Of a stretch of DNA of 64,000 nt, positions 29,731 through 39,131 are shown in pieces (within the stretch, counting starts at the first letter, position 1; every line of letters starts with the position of its first letter). Source of the DNA: a virus (Duplodnaviria; Caudoviricetes). A model generated the notes under the pieces. That model made no database searches, was not told the DNA's origin, and saw only the letters and a program-made list of their open reading frames with translations. Both the position numbers and the translations under genes were made by a program. Location of the stretch: IMG/VR virus record IMGVR_UViG_3300036971_000130. The stretch is one strand, 5' to 3'.

Positions 29731-30230
29731 TGGGGTACTACGAAGACGACGATGACGCCGCAGGCATCCGAGACGAGTGGGACATCGACTACAGCAAGAC
29801 GCTGACGAGATCCGACGACCCCGGATACTGGATGCTCGACGGCAAGGAAGTCGACTTCCGAGATCGCCGCTTCGTCCGCATCATGGCCGACCCGTTCCCG
29901 ATCCTGGTCGACAACCCACGGCTCCTGAACCGGTCCGTCGCCCTCAACCAGAAGGCGCTCGACATGGCGTCGAAGGACGCCGCCATCCTCTCGTGGAAGA
30001 ACCGCTACCAGGCCCCCGACATGGCAAGGGCAACCATCTCCTGGCTCATGCTCATCGGGTTCGTCGTGATCGCAGGGATGTACGAGGTGGATCTGACGGT
30101 CGGCTTCCTGAGCCTCGTCGTCATCAGCGTCGTGGTCAACCTCGTCTACATCCTCGCCTCGCTGTTCCTGGCGTACCGAGACTTCGACGATTGGGCCGAG
30201 TACGTCTTGGACCTTCGGGCTCCGATCTGA
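29730..30230 (+). CDS. membrane protein
   Basis: TGATG coupling; C-terminal TM pair. Confidence 0.65.
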   Translation: MGYYEDDDDAAGIRDEWDIDYSKTLTRSDDPGYWMLDGKEVDFRDRRFVRIMADPFPILVDNPRLLNRSVALNQKALDMASKDAAILSWKNRYQAPDMARATISWLMLIGFVVIAGMYEVDLTVGFLSLVVISVVVNLVYILASLFLAYRDFDDWAEYVLDLRAPI

Positions 30231-30251
30231 ACCGCCACCCATGATGACCCC

Positions 30252-30698
30252 ATGACCGCAGCCGATCTTCGTCACGAGATGAACCTGCCCTATCACGTTC
30301 CTGTGGAGCAGACCGGGATCTACGAGTACGAGGTGGGTCTCGGATGGACCTGCTACCGCCAGCCTCGCAATCGGACGATCCTCTGCCAGAAACAAGGGAT
30401 GAGCCTCTACTCTGCCGACCCGGTCGACTTCTACACGATCGTCACCCACAAGCCGTCCGAGTTCGAGAAGCGCACAGGCTCGTTCGTGGCGTCACTGGTG
30501 ATCCTCGTCGCCTCCATCGTGAACATCGTCGGCGGCATCTACATCATCGTCACGACCATCCGTGGGAAGCAGAGCGACTTCGCCATCTTGATGTCCGTGG
30601 CCGCATCCTTCGTCGTCGGTCGCATCGCCAACCGTGTTCGTGTCAAGCTCGACGCAACCACCATCCGAACCGTCGCCAACCGAACCTGGGGAATCTGA
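30252..30698 (+). CDS. membrane protein
   Basis: Motif-led; two TM segments. Confidence 0.65.
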   Translation: MTAADLRHEMNLPYHVPVEQTGIYEYEVGLGWTCYRQPRNRTILCQKQGMSLYSADPVDFYTIVTHKPSEFEKRTGSFVASLVILVASIVNIVGGIYIIVTTIRGKQSDFAILMSVAASFVVGRIANRVRVKLDATTIRTVANRTWGI

Positions 30699-31618
30699 TG
30701 GAACTCTCGCCCGGAGACATCGCCGTACCGCTGACCACGACCATCCCCGACGGGATCGTCGGCTTCCCTGTCCTCGGCCATGACGCCAAGGTCGGGGTCG
30801 TCTACCTCTACGAGCACGGTGACGTGGTCGACTACCCCGAAGACGAGTGCTACCCGCTCGACGGATGGGTCTTCCATCTCGGTGAGCCGATCTACCTCGG
30901 GGACAGCGCCTACCGTTCCGGCGGGAACGACGAAGCCTTCGTGAACGGCGAGTGGGTCCGTGTCTTCGAGCCGACCGACCTCACCCGCTCGCACCGTGAC
31001 TATGGTGACGCCGTGCCGGTGAACGAGTTCGTCGGTGACGAGGACACGGTGACGATCGACGATGGCGTGCTCATCGCCCGAGGTCGCCGTCTCCCGATCT
31101 ACGACGGCCTGGTGTGGCCTGACGACACCGACCTCATCGACCCGGTCTTCTGGGTTCCGCCGGTCTGGGGTGCGCCGATCGGCAGCCTGGTGCTCTACGA
31201 CGATGGGGTGATCCGTCTCGTCACCGAGAGGATCGGGTTGCTCCCGTTCTGCGACGGCAGTCCGGTTCCAGCCACGGCCACGGTCATCTCTCCGTCGATG
31301 GCCTACCGCTTCGAGATGACCGTCGAGGTCGTCGCCGCCCTCCTGCTCGCCGGTCGCTTCTGGTCCGACGGGAAGCCAGTCTACTACGAGGATGCGGTCG
31401 AGGCCGGTGCCTTGTTCACCGAGACATCCACGATCGGCCCCTCCTGGCTTCTGGCGGACGACCTCATCGAGATCATGTCGCTCGGTGCGACCCCGGTATT
31501 CGACGGTGAGCCGAAGAAGACCGTCTCCTTCGCATCCGAGCGGTTCAGCCCCATCGAGGTCATGGTTCTCCCGTTCGAAGCTCAGGTCGAGAACCTCGCA
31601 GCTTCGATCTCGGCTTGA
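30698..31618 (+). CDS. hypothetical protein
   Basis: TGATG coupling, 306 aa. Confidence 0.7.
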   Translation: MELSPGDIAVPLTTTIPDGIVGFPVLGHDAKVGVVYLYEHGDVVDYPEDECYPLDGWVFHLGEPIYLGDSAYRSGGNDEAFVNGEWVRVFEPTDLTRSHRDYGDAVPVNEFVGDEDTVTIDDGVLIARGRRLPIYDGLVWPDDTDLIDPVFWVPPVWGAPIGSLVLYDDGVIRLVTERIGLLPFCDGSPVPATATVISPSMAYRFEMTVEVVAALLLAGRFWSDGKPVYYEDAVEAGALFTETSTIGPSWLLADDLIEIMSLGATPVFDGEPKKTVSFASERFSPIEVMVLPFEAQVENLAASISA

Positions 31619-31638
31619 ACGCCATCCATGGTGGGGGC

Positions 31639-31968
31639 ATGGCACTCTCCGTCAACTCCACCACCCAGGACGCTCTGGTGTCAACCAACAGCGAGCGCAT
31701 CAACCACCTCCGGTTGCTGATCCCCTCCATCAAGACGGAGCGGTCGAACATCATCGAGGCGCTCGGAGGTGACGGACGGGCCGAACAGATCGGAGAGCGG
31801 ATGCACCCGTGGGTCTTCGGTGAGCAGGCGCTCCTGCCTCGGATCATCGAGGTCGTCGAGCGTGGCACGATCGACGTGCCCGACTACATGAACATCGTCT
31901 CGCTGTTCAAGCGGCATCTGCCGTTCGCCGCAACCTTCGACGCCATCCGGTTCCGGGTCGATCTGTAG
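31639..31968 (+). CDS. hypothetical protein
   Basis: Motif-led ORF. Confidence 0.65.
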   Translation: MALSVNSTTQDALVSTNSERINHLRLLIPSIKTERSNIIEALGGDGRAEQIGERMHPWVFGEQALLPRIIEVVERGTIDVPDYMNIVSLFKRHLPFAATFDAIRFRVDL

Positions 31969-31980
31969 TACCGTCGTCCA

Positions 31981-32415
31981 GTGCGATTCGATGTGATCCT
32001 GACGAACCCTCCGTTCCAGGATTCGACCACCCGAGGTAAGACCAGGCACAAGGTCTGGATCGAGTTCACGCTCGCAGCGTTCGATCGCCTGCTGGCCGAC
32101 GGAGGCCATCTCGTCCAGGTGACCCCGGCCTCCATCGGGTCTCCGTCGTCGCCAGTCCTGAAGTTGCTCCGGTCGAACTGGACCAGGAAGCTCCGCTTCG
32201 GAACCGAAGGCCACTTCCCTTCGGTCGCATCCACGTTCTCCGACTACTGGGTCACGAAGGGTGGCGACGGAGCAACGGCCGTCATCGGACCCGATGGAAC
32301 GTTGTTCCACACGAGAATCGACGAGTCGACGATCTACCTCCCGAACGACATCTGTGACGAGGCGCTCTCGATCCACCAGAAGGTGATGTTCAGCGACCGT
32401 CCGAGGACCAGGTGA
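31981..32415 (+). pseudogene. N6-adenine DNA methyltransferase fragment (Eco57I-like)
   Basis: FDVILTNPPF, LLADGGHLVQVTP; only 144 aa, no SAM-binding motif I. Confidence 0.7.
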
Positions 32416-32557
32416 ACGCCGATCCGGCGAAGATGACCGACGAGATCACCAGGAGGGCGAACCAGATGGTTGTCTGCTTCCTCGCCTTGTCCACCTTCGC
32501 TGTCGAACGTGGGCGAGTTGCGATCTCGTAGCTGTACTCGGTCTCGTAGTCGTGCAT
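32390..32557 (-). CDS. small membrane protein (55 aa, below ORF-track cutoff)
   Basis: TTTGAC-N18-CATGAT-N6-ATG; MHDYETEYSYEI..IWFALLVISSVIFAGSAFTW. Confidence 0.65.
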   Translation of the reverse strand: MHDYETEYSYEIATRPRSTAKVDKARKQTTIWFALLVISSVIFAGSAFTWSSDGR

Positions 32558-32609
32558 GACCCCATCATGGGTTGCCGCACTGGCGACGTCAAAGCTGCCG
32601 AAAACCCAA

Positions 32610-32635
32610 GAAGCGGGGGCCGTGGCCCCCGCTTC
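32610..32635. terminator. hairpin terminator after rIIB
   Basis: GAAGCGGGGGCC-gt-GGCCCCCGCTTC. Confidence 0.8.
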
Positions 32636-32643
32636 TCAACTGG

Positions 32644-33726
32644 TCACTTCCGACGGAACTTCGACGGGAAGCGGAGGGTGCGGACCGTCTGCTTCAGCCG
32701 GACGAAGGCACCCGGCTTCAGGTCATCCTCCGGCTTCCACTCGTCCACGTCCGCCACGAACCCTTCCTCGGCCTCGTAGTTGACGAGATGCCCTCGATGT
32801 CGCCGTCGCCGTCGTAGTACGGCGACGGCGACATCGTAGGCATCGAGGGCGATCTCGTCAACTACGAGATCGCCCTCGATGCCCTCGATGTCGCCGTCGC
32901 CGTCGTAGTACGTGACCTGGGTCACGTCGATCGGACGGTCGATTTCGCAGATCACCTGGAACTGCTCGACCCGCATCTTGCAGGTCTCCCGGTTCGGGAC
33001 CGACACGACATGGGCCGGGTCGAACCGGACAGCGATCGTCCGCTGGCCCCACCGGAAGGCGTACTGGTGGGTACCGATGTGGAGACCGGGAGCGCAGGAG
33101 ACCTCACGGTCGTCGCACACCATGTTCCGGGGCATGCGCACCGTGTCACCGGGGGCGTACGGGATCTGGCCCTCGAACCGGACACCGTTCACCCACGCCA
33201 CGCCGCTGTTGACCGACGTGCCCTCACGGGTGATCCCCTTGTGGCCGACGACGTAGCCGTCCTCGTCGATCGTCACCATGTCGTTGGCGAGCAGCCACGA
33301 GAACAGATCCTCGATGGCCTTGTACGACGGGTTGTTCTGCAACCGCTCCAAGAAGTGCAGGAGGTTGCCGTAGGAGTCGCCCTGGCGGAACTTGTCAGCG
33401 ATGTGCTGGGCGATCACCGAGTGCTGCGGCACACCGTCGAGAAGGACGGTGCCGTCCCGCTGGACCTCGATCCGACCGCCGCTGGAAGCGGCGACGACCT
33501 GGGCCATCACGTCCTTGCCAGCGACCGTGTCGGCCAGCAGCGTCCAGTCGGTCTCACCGGAGTTGATGAGGTCACGGATGAACGGGTAGAAGGACGAGTC
33601 CGAGGTCACCGACATCTCAGCGTAGTCGGTGGAGGTGATGGTCAGGACCGAGACACCGGTGGTGTGATCGGTGACGGTCCGAGTGGTGAGTAGTTCCATC
33701 TTGGGTGTGTTCTCCTTGTTGGTCAT
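32644..33726 (-). CDS. rIIB: rIIB-like protein
   Basis: FLERLQNNPS..DLFSWL, IDEDGYVVGHKG, MPRNMVCDD...CAPGLHIG, KMRV. Confidence 0.9.
   Translation of the reverse strand: MTNKENTPKMELLTTRTVTDHTTGVSVLTITSTDYAEMSVTSDSSFYPFIRDLINSGETDWTLLADTVAGKDVMAQVVAASSGGRIEVQRDGTVLLDGVPQHSVIAQHIADKFRQGDSYGNLLHFLERLQNNPSYKAIEDLFSWLLANDMVTIDEDGYVVGHKGITREGTSVNSGVAWVNGVRFEGQIPYAPGDTVRMPRNMVCDDREVSCAPGLHIGTHQYAFRWGQRTIAVRFDPAHVVSVPNRETCKMRVEQFQVICEIDRPIDVTQVTYYDGDGDIEGIEGDLVVDEIALDAYDVAVAVLRRRRRHRGHLVNYEAEEGFVADVDEWKPEDDLKPGAFVRLKQTVRTLRFPSKFRRK
32773..32912. repeat. inverted triplication (A, revcomp A, A) inside rIIB
   Basis: Three copies of ..GATGTCGCCGTCGCCGT.., middle one inverted. Confidence 0.9.
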
Positions 33727-33746
33727 GGTTCCATCATGGGTGGTGG

Positions 33747-35699
33747 TCATGCCACAGCCGAAGCGGCGGCGGCGGTAGCAGCCCGGTCACGGTCGGCCAG
33801 GGCGATGTACGAGTAGAAGTCGGCCTGGTTGCCCCACGAACTGAAGTGGTGGGCCAGCGGGTACCGCTCGTCGAAGACGTTGTTCTCGGGGATGTCGATG
33901 CTCTCGTCCTCGACGGTGAACTGACGGAGCCACGACGGGAAGCGCCGGTTCCGGCAGGCGGCGAGGTCGGCGTACTCGACACGAAGCTCGTGATCCTCGG
34001 GGAGACGAGCGAGATCGGAGGTCCAGCGACCACGGGCTTTCAGCGAGATGGCAGCGGCACGACGGTCGGCCATCGGAAGGGCCTTGTAGTACGCCTCACG
34101 CTCCTTGTCGGTGAGCGAGACGACCTTCGCCGTGCGGCTCACCAGGGTGCTGTACTGCTGGCGGGGCTTCAGGCAGACGATGTAGCGCACTTCCTCCGGC
34201 ATGAACGGGATCAGGGTCACCGATTCGTCACGGTTGTAGTTGTCGCAGCGGAGCACGGTCTCGTCCTTCAGCGACGTAACCGGAACGTCGGTCCATTCCT
34301 CCGTCGAACGGTCCCAGACACGGTACGCCTGAGCCGACCGGGCGAGGCCGGAACTGGACCGGACGATCTTGTAGTCCTCCACGTCCTTCGCCGTGTAGGT
34401 GATGAAGCCCGTCTCGCCGGTCAGGTCGAGAAGTTCCGACTTGACCGGCTCCGAAGCGAAGATCACGTTGACCGTCTCGTTGCCGTACTGGGACGAAGCG
34501 ATGACGGAGTTCACCATCTGAGCCAGCTTCGTTCCGTTGGTCGTCGGGTCCACGCCATCGAAGAACACCGTGGGCCGATCGAGCAGGGTCGTGAGGGAGA
34601 ACGTCGGCATGAACATGCGACCCTTGCCGGGAGCCTTCGAGTAGACCGACAGCGACGGGAAGTCCTTGTTGAGATCGTCCACGTCGATCGGCTTCTTCAG
34701 GTCGATGCCGTTCCACTTGTAGCCGACGATCTCCCTCACCGTCGGGGACTCGTTGATGAGGCGGATGGCCTCGATCGCCGTCTCCGCAGCATCGACCTTC
34801 TTCGCCACCTTCTTGCGGAGCGAATCGAGGGCCTTGGTCCGAAGGCTGTCGAGGCGAGTGGCGTTCTCCGGGGTCTCCATGAGGTAGTCCCGGCTCGGGA
34901 CCGGCTTCAGGAAGCCGATCGGGGCGTGGACGTAGAGCGGGAAGGGCACCCGGATGTTCGTGTCGAAGATGATGCCGCCGACGATCGCCTTCATGTAGCT
35001 CTCGCCATTGATCATGGCGCAGCCGTACTTGTTCTTGGCGACGACCTTCTCGTCCTCGTAGATGGACGGCAGAACCTCACCGTTCAGGGTGACGGTGCCC
35101 GGCTCCATGCCGTAGGCGAGGCGCTTGGCACCGCTGATGAAGTCCATGATGTCGCTCGGGTCGGTGACCGAGGCGTTGATCTCGGTGCCGGACTGCGGAC
35201 GGGTCTCGATCTGGTGGTAGTGGCCGACGAACATGCCGCTCTCGTCCTGGGCGTACACGCCACGCCAGGTCTGGCCCTCGAAGGTCGTGATCACCGAGAA
35301 GGTGTGGGCGATGGCGATGAGCGCCTTCGCACCGAGACCGAAGCCGCCGATGGCGTCCTTGTCCTCGGCCTTCGTGGAGTTGCCGAACGAGCCGAAGTTC
35401 TGGGCGAGGGTCTCGATAGACATGCCGATGCCGAAGTCGGTGATCGTGATGGTCGTGCCACCGTGCTCGTCGATCGGAGCCGTGAAGTGGACCTCCGGCT
35501 TGACGCCGAGAGCGACGCAGGCGTCGATGGAGTTCGAGCCGGTCTCTCGGGCGACGGCGATGCCGGAGTTCCGGTAGATGCGGGCGAACAGCGCCGTCAT
35601 GGCAGCGACCGACTCGGGGCTGAACCCGACGGTGGACTGGAAGGCGAAGCTCTTGGCGTCGATGTCGTTGGCGGTGGTGGGCTGGGTGTTCAGGATCAT
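33747..35699 (-). CDS. rIIA: rIIA-like protein (GHKL/Hsp90-type ATPase N-terminus)
   Basis: RETGSNSIDA, ITDFGIGM, STK...IGGFGLGAK; directly upstream of rIIB. Confidence 0.9.
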   Translation of the reverse strand: MILNTQPTTANDIDAKSFAFQSTVGFSPESVAAMTALFARIYRNSGIAVARETGSNSIDACVALGVKPEVHFTAPIDEHGGTTITITDFGIGMSIETLAQNFGSFGNSTKAEDKDAIGGFGLGAKALIAIAHTFSVITTFEGQTWRGVYAQDESGMFVGHYHQIETRPQSGTEINASVTDPSDIMDFISGAKRLAYGMEPGTVTLNGEVLPSIYEDEKVVAKNKYGCAMINGESYMKAIVGGIIFDTNIRVPFPLYVHAPIGFLKPVPSRDYLMETPENATRLDSLRTKALDSLRKKVAKKVDAAETAIEAIRLINESPTVREIVGYKWNGIDLKKPIDVDDLNKDFPSLSVYSKAPGKGRMFMPTFSLTTLLDRPTVFFDGVDPTTNGTKLAQMVNSVIASSQYGNETVNVIFASEPVKSELLDLTGETGFITYTAKDVEDYKIVRSSSGLARSAQAYRVWDRSTEEWTDVPVTSLKDETVLRCDNYNRDESVTLIPFMPEEVRYIVCLKPRQQYSTLVSRTAKVVSLTDKEREAYYKALPMADRRAAAISLKARGRWTSDLARLPEDHELRVEYADLAACRNRRFPSWLRQFTVEDESIDIPENNVFDERYPLAHHFSSWGNQADFYSYIALADRDRAATAAAASAVA

Positions 35700-35738
35700 G
35701 GCGTCATCATGGGTGGCTGATCTGGGGGTGTCCAACCC

Positions 35739-36026
35739 TCAGATCAGCCGTTGACGGCACCACCAGGAGTTGATCTGCTCGTTGATCTCAGCGATCCTTC
35801 GAGCGATCAGATCGTACTCGTATCCACCGACAGCGACGATCTTCGGGACCGGATACCCCTCCTGCAACCGGAACGGGAACTGCCCGAACATCGCCACGTT
35901 GAACATGCCCGGACCAGTCGTCAGGAGGCTGACTGCCATCGCCTGCTCGTAGGGGTCGTCGGAGACGCCGACTTCACTCACAAGGAGTTCGTAGAGGCTG
36001 TCGGCCTCATCTTCCGTCAGCTTCAC
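35739..36026 (-). CDS. hypothetical protein
   Basis: ORF; start uncertain. Confidence 0.55.
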   Translation of the reverse strand: MKLTEDEADSLYELLVSEVGVSDDPYEQAMAVSLLTTGPGMFNVAMFGQFPFRLQEGYPVPKIVAVGGYEYDLIARRIAEINEQINSWWCRQRLI

Positions 36027-36246
36027 GACGTTCCTTCTTCGAGACACGACGAGCCATCTCCCGTAGAGCTTCCGGTGCGCCTGGCACACCAGCACCACAT
36101 GACCGGCCTTCAGCGGACCTGATCAGGATGGCGAACTGCTTGGAACCAGGCGAGACGGGTACGTGGCCGAGCTTCGCCTTGTCACTTGCAGCCCATCTGC
36201 CGCCGTTGGCTGAGTTGGCGGCTACGTCCTTCTCACGTCTGGTCAT
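36007..36246 (-). CDS. small protein with N-terminal NGGRW motif
   Basis: TAGAAT-N6-ATG. Confidence 0.55.
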   Translation of the reverse strand: MTRREKDVAANSANGGRWAASDKAKLGHVPVSPGSKQFAILIRSAEGRSCGAGVPGAPEALREMARRVSKKERREADGR

Positions 36247-36279
36247 CGAACCATTCTACTGGGCCAGGCAGCCGTCCGA

Positions 36280-36561
36280 TCAAGGCCGGAACCCTCCGAC
36301 GACGAGGGTGGCTCCGACCATCCAGATCGGGACGATCCAACATCCGAGGACCACGAGGTGCCGGACGATCGGTTCGTGCTTCGTGCCCTTCGATGCGTAG
36401 GTGGCAGTCACCGCTGTGAAGATGCAGCGGATCACGAACATCACCGAGACGAACCAGTACCAACGGGACAGGTCATCGAGGTTGACGATGTAGAGCGCCG
36501 TCACCGGAAGCGACAGGAGGCTCAGGACATCGTAAGCGAGAAGTGCTTTACGCCAGTTCAT
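36280..36561 (-). CDS. small membrane protein
   Basis: Three hydrophobic segments. Confidence 0.6.
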   Translation of the reverse strand: MNWRKALLAYDVLSLLSLPVTALYIVNLDDLSRWYWFVSVMFVIRCIFTAVTATYASKGTKHEPIVRHLVVLGCWIVPIWMVGATLVVGGFRP

Positions 36562-36614
36562 CGGTCAGATGGTGAGTGATGGCGGGTGGCACCAGAACCA
36601 CCCGCCATCGGATC

Positions 36615-37316
36615 TCAAAGCTCGAAGTCGTCGTCACCGAGGGAGTTGGCGGCTTCCTCGGCACGCTTCTCGTCCTCGGTGGCGACCGGCTCGAAGTCGC
36701 TGAAGTCGTCGAACTCGGTGGACTTCTCCGCATCGTCGACAGCGGGGGTCGTGTCAGCGAACTCGTCGACCGGTTCGTCGGTCTTGTCCGACTTGTCCGT
36801 CTTGTCGGCGGTGGCACGCTGCTTGCTGGCCTGACGCCTCGCCGGAGCCTTGCGCTTCCGGCCGAAGTTCACCGGCACCTCGTTCTCGGCGTCCACGGTC
36901 TGCTCGTGGTTGACGACGACCGAACCGTCGGTGGCGAGGGCGGCGGTGACCGCAGCGGCGGTGGCAGCGGCGACGGTCTTCTTGTCGAAGCCGTCGACGA
37001 CGATCACGATGGATCGACCGGGGGACTCGTCACCGAGGGACCGGACGTTGAGGCGGGCAGCCGAGGGGTTGACGCCGTAGAACTCGGCCATCGAGCCGGT
37101 GAGCGGCTGGTCGGTGCGGGTCGTGGTGGGCTCGGTGCCGTAGATCACGGTCGTCTCGGTCACGAGGTTCTTGACGGTGGCGTCGGCGGACACGTCGGGG
37201 ACCATCGTGATCTCGACCTCGTAGGGGAGGCCCTTGGCGATCTCGTTGGCCTTCGCCTCGTCGTCTGCTGTGGCGACGGGCACGTTGGTGCTCTTGCGAG
37301 CGATGATGTAGGTCAT
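36615..37316 (-). CDS. hypothetical protein with acidic disordered tail
   Basis: Motif-led; strong codon bias. Confidence 0.7.
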   Translation of the reverse strand: MTYIIARKSTNVPVATADDEAKANEIAKGLPYEVEITMVPDVSADATVKNLVTETTVIYGTEPTTTRTDQPLTGSMAEFYGVNPSAARLNVRSLGDESPGRSIVIVVDGFDKKTVAAATAAAVTAALATDGSVVVNHEQTVDAENEVPVNFGRKRKAPARRQASKQRATADKTDKSDKTDEPVDEFADTTPAVDDAEKSTEFDDFSDFEPVATEDEKRAEEAANSLGDDDFEL

Positions 37317-37384
37317 GGACTCCATTATGGGTGGTGGGGCTGACAGGGTTGGACAGGGTCGAATACCCGACCCATGTTGTGGAT

Positions 37385-37768
37385 ATGACCGTGACCTTCG
37401 CCATCGACGCCGCCTGCTTCTGCACCCCCGCCAACTGCTGGGAGAACTGCGAGGAATTCCGCTCCTTCCACTACTGCGGCCACGCCCACAAGGCCGCCGA
37501 GGTCATGCGTGAGCAGTGCTCACTTTGCTCACTCTCCGTGAACCTTGCGAACGTAAGGGCGAGCATCACGATGTCGATGTTCGGGTTCGACTACGCCGCC
37601 GGAGACACCTCCGGAACGGTCGATCCAGAGGTCTTCGTGACCGGTCTCGTCGAGGTCGGTTTCGGCGGTGGAACCGTCGATCAGCGGCTCGATCTGAGCA
37701 CCCTGCAACGGCTGATCCGGCTCGGCCAGGGTGCCGCCGATCGCAAGGCCCAGATCGTCTGGGCCTGA
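37385..37768 (+). CDS. Cys-rich hypothetical protein
   Basis: TTGGAC-N18-CATGTT-N6-ATG. Confidence 0.65.
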   Translation: MTVTFAIDAACFCTPANCWENCEEFRSFHYCGHAHKAAEVMREQCSLCSLSVNLANVRASITMSMFGFDYAAGDTSGTVDPEVFVTGLVEVGFGGGTVDQRLDLSTLQRLIRLGQGAADRKAQIVWA

Positions 37769-37774
37769 TCGGTC

Positions 37775-38730
37775 AAACCGGCCAAAACTGACTGAAACGG
37801 ACATCGGAGCCCTGAATCTGGGCTCCGATGGTGCCGTTTTCGGCCCGGAGAGGCCCCTGGAAGCCCCTGAGAGCCGTTTCGGCGTGAACCGAGCGTTCTC
37901 GGCGCTCTCGGCCCGCTGAGAGCCTCCTGGGGCCGAATCCGAGCACCTGGGAACCCACCCGGCGGGGTGAGCTTCCCGAGAACCCCGATTCGGGCTCCGA
38001 ACGGGGGACCTGAAAAGTCCGGACATCTGTACAGAGTCGACTCTTAGTGAAAAACACTAGAGCTGTATGGAGAGAGGGGTGGGAGGGTAAATTATAGACA
38101 TATGTATGGATTTACTCAGTCACCTACTACTACTACTACCCCCTTTCCCCTACATACTTCTCTAGTATTTTTGCTGCTCAGACGGCGAAAAACGTCGAAC
38201 TGAGAGCCCCGCCGGAGGACAAAAGCCCAGGTCGCTCTAGAAGCGCCGATTTTCGCCCTCGACGGCCATCACGCCCCACTCGAAGCGGCTATAGCGGTCG
38301 AAACGGACAGTTCGGACTTTTGGCGACTGTGATGGATCGTCCGCAATCTTGTGACGGCCGTCTCTCCTTGACTCAGAAACAACTTGGTGGACTACTGGAC
38401 AAACGTCCAGACTCGGGTCTTGAAACGAGCCCCAGATCCTCGAAAACGGAGTAAATGCTCCGGTATTTGCGGAACCGCAAATCGTAAACCGGAGTGTTTG
38501 CTCGGCTTTCTCGGATGGATTTTCTGAACGACGTTCATCTTTCCTCGAAAACTCGCCCCGTGGAGTGGATTCCATAACGCTGTTATAACGATGTTATGGA
38601 ACGTCCTGAGAGGGCTGTGGAACGCTGTTCCAGAGGCGTCGAACGGGGGACGAGAACGCCTATGGAACAGCGTTCGATAATGCTCACTCTCCGTAGTGAT
38701 GAAACGGAGTGTTTGCTCGGGTTCCGAGGC
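37775..38730. other. non-coding, locally AT-rich, palindrome-rich origin-like block
   Basis: Imperfect IR 38050-38172 around AT core and (CTA)n; repeats CGGAGTGTTTGCTCGG and TGGAAC; palindrome TCCATAAC..GTTATGGA. Confidence 0.55.
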
Positions 38731-38734
38731 GATT

Positions 38735-39131
38735 TGACCTGCCGTGGTCGCCAGACGCCGACATCCGGCGACCTCGTGAACGTGGCTATGGTGTTGTGCC
38801 GGACACCCCACCACGAGGTCCGCTGACGACCGAGGCCGAAGCCCCAGATCACATCACCTCGGTGACACCACCCGAGCGACCGGATGAACTCGACGGCCTG
38901 GTGAATGCGGATGCTGTCCAGACAGACGCACACGACACCGTCGTCGGCCATGAGCGGCAGCCAGTTCTCGAAGGTGGCCCACAGGAACCCTTCGTCCTTC
39001 CCGTCGACGTAGGACGATGCGGGGCCGGACTGGGACTTCCCAGTGCCGTACGGCGGGTCAGTCCACAGGAGACGTGGCCGTAGACCGTCCGGCGGCGTCT
39101 GAGCGTCTCTGACCTCAACCGTCCAGGTCAC
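38735..39131 (-). pseudogene. N4/N6 DNA methyltransferase, N-terminal half only
   Basis: LLWTDPPY, LMADDGVVCV, GDVIW..; runs into non-coding block, no FxGxG. Confidence 0.75.

Noticed and set aside
22511-35720. Long antisense ORFs (e.g. 22511-24529+, 26133-27200-, 33705-35720+)
   Set aside because: Shadow ORFs opposite clear genes, expected at high GC.
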